Below are positions 58,033 to 64,000 of a stretch of 64,000 bases of DNA, piece after piece. This DNA comes from Eledone cirrhosa. Lineage: Eukaryota. The DNA is taken from contig OZ024751.1 of NCBI GenBank assembly GCA_964016885.1, positions 15,562,001-15,626,000 of the forward strand, read 5' to 3'. The stretch's first letter is position 1. Every line of letters begins with the position of its first letter. Below the pieces are notes generated by a model. It had not been told where the DNA came from, searched no databases, and saw only the letters and a list, made by a program, of their open reading frames with translations. The position numbers and the translations under genes are program-made.

Positions 58033-58901
58033 CTACTCCAAAACTTGTTGAGTGCTTTATATCAGTTATAAAATATTTACTCGTTGTAACCCAACAATTT
58101 TAAATAAAACTTTTGCATATATATATATAAGCAAAAGGGATATTTAATTTGTTGGTAATTCAACAAATATATATGTTTATAACTGATTCGAAGCACTTGT
58201 CAGGTTTTCTGGCGTATAATATTCAATGATATTAAATAAATGGAAACTATATTTATAAAACCATACTTATAGACTATCCAAGAAAAACTTGAACCGTTAA
58301 GATATTCTTCCTGGATATGTCAATATTTGTAAAACAAACTTTGTATTTTATCTGATGAGAGCGTACCCTTGAAATATATATAATAGAATAAATATGGTTT
58401 TATAAATATAGTTTCCATTTATTTAATATCATTGTGTGTATATATATATATATATATATTAAATTTAATATAGAAATGGCTTCTAGACGACTAGAACTGT
58501 TTCGAAGAAAATCGTCAGGAAAGCCTGATGATTTTCTTCGAATGAAACAGTTCTAGTCCTGTAGAAGCCATTTCTATATTAAATTTTGTATATACTCTAC
58601 TAATGTATTGAGTACCTTACTTATTGTGGTGGCCCCCATTTGAACCTGACACTCACACACACACACAGAGTTAATGAATCAAAACACAGGAAGCAAAATT
58701 ACACAATTATATTAGGTTCACGCTTAAAGGAAGTGGACCCCCCCCACACACACATACACCCCCCACACATATATATAAATATCCAGGCACAAAAGTCACG
58801 CACTACCCTAAACACGATTTTATAAATATTCATCACATTAACAAAAATAACAAATAAGACTATAGCAGTCATTTTACTGGTGCACTACTTTCGCACCACC
58901 C

Positions 58902-62314
<3,413 letters not shown>

Positions 62315-62400
62315 TACGGCTCTGTCCTCAGACATTGAGCTAACCTCATACTGCCTGCTGGATAAGTGGAGTGTTATACACCCCTGATCCTTTCCCTAGC

Positions 62401-62589
<189 letters not shown>

Positions 62590-62590
62590 G

Positions 62591-62832
<242 letters not shown>

Positions 62833-63125
62833 TGTAGATGTTTATGTATTAATATATATGTCCAATAAAATTGGAGCAGTATTTACAACAGAAATATAAA
62901 GTAATTAGAATCAATAATTAAGAATTTAAAACTTTAATTAAGCTTGTTGCACTAATTGTCGAACATATAAATAATTCAGATTAATTAATGAGTAATCAAG
63001 GCCAAATTACACTCCCCTCATATGTTGTATTACATTCAATGGAATAATTATCTATCTATGTACTTAGAAACCTAAACAATATGTAAAGATATATTATTGG
63101 GATTTTTCAGTACAAGAGACTTGAA

Positions 63126-63752
63126 TACGAGAGTCGACTGAAAAAATTAATACACTGACTAAGATACTCTCATGGAATGGCCAAATGAGGTTTATTTTTT
63201 AACATAATCCCTGGAATGGAACAATGCAGTGCAGTTATTAATAAGAAGAGCTGATATTAATGCATGCAAGATTTCACAGCCTTAGCATCAATCCTTCATA
63301 GTCAGCCTATGACGAAGATACTCTCATGGAATGGCCAAATGAGGTTTATTTATCAATATAGTCCCTGGAAAGGAACAATGCAGTTATTAATAAGAAGAGT
63401 TGAAATTAATGCATGTAAGATTTCACAGCTCTAGCATCAATCCTTCAGAGTCAACCTATGACCAAGATACTCTCATGGAATGGCCAGATGAGGTTTATTT
63501 TTCAACATAATTCCTGGAAACACACAATGCAGTTATTAATAAGAAGAGCTGATATTAATGTATGCAAGATTTCACAGCTCTAACATCATTCCTTCGTAGT
63601 CAGCCTATGACCAAAATACTCTCATAGAATGGCCAAATGAAGTTTATTTTTTAACATAATCCCTGGAATGGACCAATGCAGTTATTAATAAGAAGAGTTG
63701 AAATTAATGCATGTAAGATTTCACAGCTCTAGCACCACTCCTTCGTAGTCAA
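63126..63752. repeat. Mariner-MITE-derived ~150-bp tandem array (4 units)
   Basis: Starts TACGAGAGTCGACTGAAA; units AAGATACTCTCATGGAATG...AGTCAGCCTATGA are homologous to 12600-12880. Confidence 0.8.
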
Positions 63753-64000
63753 TCTAGTTTTGTATAGTCAGCAGATACAAAGGTTTGACAAGGAGGATAT
63801 TTCAGGATAATCCTTATTGCTCATTTGAAGTTACTCAAAATGATCATCCGGAGTTTAATTTAGTGTACCGGAAGCTGGCAAGATCTACTCAAAGTGTGAG
63901 ACTAGGGAAAGTAGCTATTGTATATTAGGTAATCAGACAGCTAATATGATAGTTGCCGTAGCAAAATCAAATAAGACGAAACTATTTTGCATATATGATC

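Overview
AT-rich, microsatellite-saturated animal DNA. The SINE, microsatellite and retroelement content suggests a cephalopod (Octopus-like) genome; this is an inference, not a database match. No host protein-coding gene is supported, and nearly all long ORFs in the track are (TA)n/(CA)n/(GA)n read-through artefacts. Real coding remnants are all retroelement fragments: Penelope-like (PLE) RT and GIY-YIG pieces, plus RTE and CR1 LINE pieces. The window also holds tRNA-SINEs, MITEs, Helentron-like elements and satellites. The dominant hidden signal is about 35 hammerhead-ribozyme (HHR) motifs (CUGANGA...GAAA...NUH) from many unrelated families. They sit in short PLE/retrozyme-like elements, are usually embedded in (TA)n tracts and are often folded back into palindromes. 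Highlights: (1) a candidate non-circularly permuted hammerhead with a k-turn-like motif and covariation (27.1, 27.5, 52.0 and 52.6 kb; a second family at 0.7 kb); (2) U3-A8 core-variant HHRs in two families; (3) two tandem/LTR retrozyme-like units of 626 and 757 nt; (4) an HHR preceded by an snRNA-type octamer/PSE/TATA arrangement. All folds were derived by eye and coordinates may be off by a few nt.
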